Assembly: GCA_003599595.1 (NCBI GenBank)
Contig: QZIP01000038.1
Location: 1-57,867, forward strand
Reading direction: 5' to 3'
DNA: 57,867 nt
Source: Candidatus Parcubacteria bacterium
GTDB lineage: Bacteria; Patescibacteriota; Microgenomatia; Levybacterales; GWA1-39-11
This document shows positions 53,943-57,867 of the stretch, piece by piece (position 1 is the first letter of the stretch; each line of letters begins with the position of its first letter). Below the pieces are notes generated by a model. The model was given only the letters and a program-made list of their open reading frames with translations. It was not told where the DNA came from and made no database searches. The position numbers were made by a program, and so were the translations under genes.

Positions 53943-55677
53943 CTAGTTAAAACTTGTGATAAATTTTTCACAAAACAATTTTTCTGACAATCTTTCAACC
54001 TCTAAGTCGTTCAGCCCAATGCCTATAGGGTATCTATTTAGCATGTATTTATTACAAACTTTGTCATTAAATATTTTATAGATCTCTCCTCCATCTGATA
54101 ATTGACTAATGCTTAAATTCTTTGAAAGAGAACTTGTAGACTTGCACTTGTTGTCAGGAAGAGTGATGATTGTATAATTCAAGGGCAAAGATTCTTTAGG
54201 GCAAAGAGAAACCTTAAAATTTTTATAATCATAATTACTCCTTTTTACTACAGAAGAGATTTCACTTACTGTTTTCCTACTAAGCATATTGTTATAGAAT
54301 AAATACTGCTTAAATAATGGTGGAATTGAACTTTCTAAACTATGATCAATTAGAACAACGTTTTGATTATTATCCGATGCAAGACTGATGTATTTAGAAA
54401 GTATTCTTCCGCTAAATCCAAAACCTTCAGAGTTGTATAGGGGATTTTGAAGCAAATATATATGTAGGAAATTAGAAAGAGAAATAGCGTAAAGAAAAAT
54501 AACACCAAAAACAATAATGGATTTTAAATATCCCTTGAATAAGTTTATAGAAAAATAAATTCCATACCCCGTTATTAATAATAGGGTTGGGAATAGAAGA
54601 AAAGAGCGTGTGGCATAGCTCACCCCCACAGTGCTTAATACTGTAGGTAGGGGGGGAAATCAAGACAATAGCAAATAGTAAGAGACTTGCTTTACGGTGG
54701 TACTTAAAAAGCGAATATGCACCAATAATTAGAAATATTACATCTATATAAAAGAATAGACCATGATTCCACACGGAAAATGTAGATCTTCCATCTCCAT
54801 ATAGAAATAGTAATTGAGGTGAAAAAGCTCCATAGTATTTTTCCAAAGAGTATTTTAGGTAAGTAGAAATCTTATTTTCCAATAAATTATTTATGGGAGA
54901 TTCAATCGATAGCTTCCGCTCTTTATTAACTCTTTGTTCAATTGAATAGTGAAAAGGTGTTGATATTTCTGCTGTTCTTGATGATCCTGGCTGAAAAACC
55001 GAGAAGAATAAATAGTGAGCCATAATGCCTAAAGACATAAGAAGAATAAAAATATATACCTTTGTATACCTCTTCTTATTTATATATTTCCATGAAAAGA
55101 GGATAATTATAATTGAGAATGGAAGAAAGACTATTTTAGAACCAATATAAGAAAAGAATGCTAAAAACAGTAGCGGAATAGCAAGTAGAAGCATATGTCT
55201 TTTTGCATAAAGCAATACAAGAAGGGAAGAAAAATAAAAGAAGGAAGAGATAGGAGAATCAAAAGCCGTACGGCCGAAATATATCATCCAGGGATTAATT
55301 GCTGCAAGTAGTCCTATTGCTATAGCTTGTGGCTTTCCAAAGAGCTTTTTTGCAATAAAATACAAGACAAGTACAAGCATCGTATTAATAAAAACATATG
55401 GAAGTCTTGCATAGAAGAGAGAAAAAGGAAAAATACCAATAATTGGGGCAATAAAAACATATGGAAGCTCGGCTTTGGGATATTCCAAAGGAGGCGGCTT
55501 AAGACTAAGGGGGTTCCATGTTCCACTTATATCACTTCCACTCAGAAAGAGTGCCTTAGCATTGAAGACATAATCAAGTTCATCATCGCTTATGCCTGTT
55601 GGAATCTTGTCTAGCCACAATAATCTTAAAGACAATGATAAGATTAGTATTATGATTATAGGTAGATATCTTGTCAC
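53943..55677 (-). pseudogene. GT-C family C (GT39-like) C4, split by a frameshift at a C7 homopolymer
   Basis: The N-terminal ORF 54472-55677 (LRLLWLDKIPTGISDDELDY) loses paralog similarity after ..AIVLISPP. ORF 53943-54629 resumes with VGVSYATRSFLLFPTLLLITGYG. Removing one C from C7 (plus-strand G7 at 54650-54656) gives LISPLPTVLSTVGVSYATRSF, colinear with the paralogs. Confidence 0.8.
54650..54656 (-). repeat. C7 (plus-strand G7) homopolymer at the frameshift point
   Basis: TAGGGGGGGAAAT on the plus strand. G/C runs are rare in this AT-rich window: the only others I noted are two C6 runs (near 21600 and 31712). Confidence 0.9.
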
Positions 55678-55731
55678 AATTAAACTTTATGTGTATTATA
55701 ATATACTTAATATAGTTTAGCATATTGATGT

Positions 55732-57435
55732 ATGAGTAGAAAATATATTCTAATATTAATTATCCTTCTTGCATTTATATTACGTTTTTATCAAATATCA
55801 AACATTCCCCCTTCTCTTACTTGGGATGAAGCGGCGTGGGGCTATAATGCATATTCATTAGGAATTAATGGAAGAGATGAGTTCGGAAAATTTCTACCCA
55901 TAACTTACATTGAGTCTTTTGGCGACTTTAAGCCCCCTCTATATGCTTATTTGTCAATTTTACCAATAAAATTGTTTGGCCTTAATGAATTTTCTGTAAG
56001 ATTTGCATCTGCCTTTTTAGGAACATTAACGGTTTTATTGACATATTTTCTAACAAAACAAATATTTTCGCAAAAATCACAGTTACTTGATATTTGGCAT
56101 TTGAAATTTGGAATTCCAGAAGTAGCATCACTACTTCTGGCTATCTCTCCTTGGCATATTCTTCTATCCCGTGCTGCTTTTGAAGCTAACGTTGCCACTT
56201 TTTTTATAGTCCTTGGAGTATTGTTGTTTTTTATCTCTACTCAAAACACCAAGGGCGCATCTTCAATCTCATTAATTCCACTTTGGATATGGAGACGTAT
56301 TAACACATCGGGAGGCTTGTTCTTGCTTTCAGTGCTATCATTTACCGCATCTATGTATACTTTTAATACTGCACGTGTTGTTGTTCCACTTTTGGTTTTT
56401 GGTCTTATTACCGGAAAAAGAAAAGCACTCCTAAATATAAAGAAACAAGTATTCATAGCCGCAGTAATCGGATTTATTATCTTTCTTCCTTTAGGACTAT
56501 TTCTTAAAACACCTCAGGCTCAGCTAAGATTCCAAGAGGTCAATATTTTTTCTGATCCTTCTGTTATTGAAAGATCCAATCAGCAGATAAAAAATGACAA
56601 TAATGCTTTTTGGTCAAAAATAATTCACAATAGAAGGCTGGCTTATTCTGTAGAATTTCTAAGGCATTACTTTGACAACCTTAACCCCTCATTCCTCTTC
56701 TTTAAAGGTGATGGTAACCCAAAATTTTCTACACAAGACATAGGTCAAATGTATGTTTGGGAACTCCCATTCTTTATATTCGGTTTTCTTTATCTGTTTA
56801 GAAATAGGCAAGGAAATTGGTGGATTGTTCCTTACTGGTTATTGATTGCAATCTTGCCTGCTGCAACAGCCAGGGAAACACCTCATGCTCTTAGAATAGA
56901 AGCTGCTTTGCCAACATTTCAAATAATAACTGCTTATGGATTATTCCAAATAATTTCAAATTTCAAATTTCAAATTTCAAATTTCAAATTAAATTATCTA
57001 TTGCCAAGTATTGTTTTTGTATTAGCATTATTTAATTTGGCATATTTCATGCATAATTATTTTGTTCATTACCCGCGGGAATTCTCAGGAGAGTGGCAAT
57101 ATGGTTATAGGGAAGCAATAAATTATGCAAAGAGTGTTGAAGATCAGTATAGCAATATTTATTTAACAGACAGTCTTGGCAGACCATATATATACACTCT
57201 TTTCTATACTCAGTACGATCCTAATAAATTCTTACAGGAAGCAAAAATAGAGAGAGAAGTTTTTGGTTTTGTAAAAGTTAAAAATTTTGGAAAATACACT
57301 TTTGAGAAAACACAAGAACCCTCTGTAAATACATTATTTATTGATAGACCAGGCAATGTTCCTGGAGGAGCAAATATATTAAAAGAATTTTATCTATTAA
57401 ATGGTGAAAAAATATTAACAGCCTACACAATATAA
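55732..57435 (+). CDS. GT-C family C (GT39-like) C5
   Basis: 567 aa. LRFYQISNIPPSLTWDEAAWGYNAYSL, SPWHILLSRAAFE, RETPHALRIEAALP. Contains an in-frame heptamer array. Confidence 0.75.
   Translation: MSRKYILILIILLAFILRFYQISNIPPSLTWDEAAWGYNAYSLGINGRDEFGKFLPITYIESFGDFKPPLYAYLSILPIKLFGLNEFSVRFASAFLGTLTVLLTYFLTKQIFSQKSQLLDIWHLKFGIPEVASLLLAISPWHILLSRAAFEANVATFFIVLGVLLFFISTQNTKGASSISLIPLWIWRRINTSGGLFLLSVLSFTASMYTFNTARVVVPLLVFGLITGKRKALLNIKKQVFIAAVIGFIIFLPLGLFLKTPQAQLRFQEVNIFSDPSVIERSNQQIKNDNNAFWSKIIHNRRLAYSVEFLRHYFDNLNPSFLFFKGDGNPKFSTQDIGQMYVWELPFFIFGFLYLFRNRQGNWWIVPYWLLIAILPAATARETPHALRIEAALPTFQIITAYGLFQIISNFKFQISNFKLNYLLPSIVFVLALFNLAYFMHNYFVHYPREFSGEWQYGYREAINYAKSVEDQYSNIYLTDSLGRPYIYTLFYTQYDPNKFLQEAKIEREVFGFVKVKNFGKYTFEKTQEPSVNTLFIDRPGNVPGGANILKEFYLLNGEKILTAYTI
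56954..56988 (+). repeat. Perfect heptanucleotide array (TTTCAAA)x5 inside the GT39 CDS
   Basis: Five exact tandem 7-mers encoding ISNFKFQISNFK. Confidence 0.9.
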
Positions 57436-57438
57436 AAT

Positions 57439-57867
57439 ATGTCAAAAAAAATTGAAATAATAACATTTGTCATAATTGTCGCCATTGCCGCATTGTTAAG
57501 GCTTTATCAGATTGGAAATGTTCCTCCATCTCCTGACTGGGATGAAGTATCATTAGGTTACAATGCCTACTCAATAATGCTTACGGGAAGAGATGAATAT
57601 GGAGAACTGCTTCCTGTTATAATGCGCTCTTTTGATGATTACAAACCCGCTCTTTATTCGTATTTTATTATTCCCTTTATTAAGATTTTCGGACTCAATA
57701 CAATATCTGTCCGCTTGCCATCGGTTGTGTTTGGAATAATTGCGGTTATAGCAACTTACTTCTTAACAAAAGAACTATTTAAAAATTCGAATATTAAATT
57801 TGAAATTTGCCTGCCCCGTTTATTTGCGAAGCAAATTTTTCGGGGGAATTTGAAATTAGAAATTCCA
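57439..57867 (+). CDS. GT-C family C (GT39-like) C6, 3'-partial (runs off the window)
   Basis: LRLYQIGNVPPSPDWDEVSLGYNAYSI..SVRLPSVVFGIIAVIATYFLTKELF. Open to the end of the window. Not in the ORF track because it has no stop. Confidence 0.75.
   Translation, partial: MSKKIEIITFVIIVAIAALLRLYQIGNVPPSPDWDEVSLGYNAYSIMLTGRDEYGELLPVIMRSFDDYKPALYSYFIIPFIKIFGLNTISVRLPSVVFGIIAVIATYFLTKELFKNSNIKFEICLPRLFAKQIFRGNLKLEIP
57814..57845 (+). repeat. GC-rich nested hairpin with a GCGAAGCAA core inside the C6 CDS
   Basis: CCCCG-TTT-ATTTGC-GAA-GCAAAT-TTTT-CGGGG, flanked by AATTTGAAATT repeats and translated as ..CLPRLFAKQIFRG.. Confidence 0.65.

Overview
Low-GC (about 30% by eye), standard-code bacterial contig. 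Gene content and expression signals suggest a small-genome CPR/Patescibacteria-type organism, but that is inference only. There are four parts. (1) Housekeeping genes lon and dus lie at 305-3791. (2) A ~6.4-kb accessory islet (about 3801-10186) is bracketed by an imperfect ~50-bp duplication of the dus 3' end and abuts the 3' end of tRNA-Glu(CUC). It holds a 5'-truncated aph(6)-like remnant, a PRTase-like gene, an intact IS30-family element, a visibly GC-richer block with two small membrane proteins, an Erm-like rRNA methyltransferase, an unknown 425-aa ORF and a 24-nt solo IS end. The IS30, erm-like and small-membrane genes carry strong Shine-Dalgarno sites. The presumed native genes carry none, and several look leaderless. 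(3) tRNA-Glu lies at 10263-10336 with a degenerate tRNA 5'-half copy upstream. (4) From ~10.5 kb to the window end (~47 kb) there is a very dense envelope-glycosylation super-locus. It has about 19 polytopic GT-C-type membrane proteins in recurrent paralog families: A (PTPS-related-like, ~550 aa, x5), B (YfhO-like, ~800 aa, x4), C (ArnT/PMT GT39-like, ~560 aa, x7, one frameshifted and one partial), DUF2029-like (x2) and one other. These are interleaved with 7 GT2, 2 GT4, OtsA, a Wzx-like flippase and a SAM methyltransferase, and many junctions are ATGA/TAATG translationally coupled. Candidate variation devices and repeats overlie the locus: perfect heptanucleotide tandem arrays in-frame inside GT genes, a C7-tract frameshift splitting one GT39 paralog, GC-rich hairpin elements absorbed into coding loops, and several families of palindromic repeats filling the intergenic spacers. 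My best candidate for a novel system is a hyper-paralogous, possibly phase-variable, extracytoplasmic glycosylation system. All family assignments come from motif recognition by eye and need HMM or structure confirmation.
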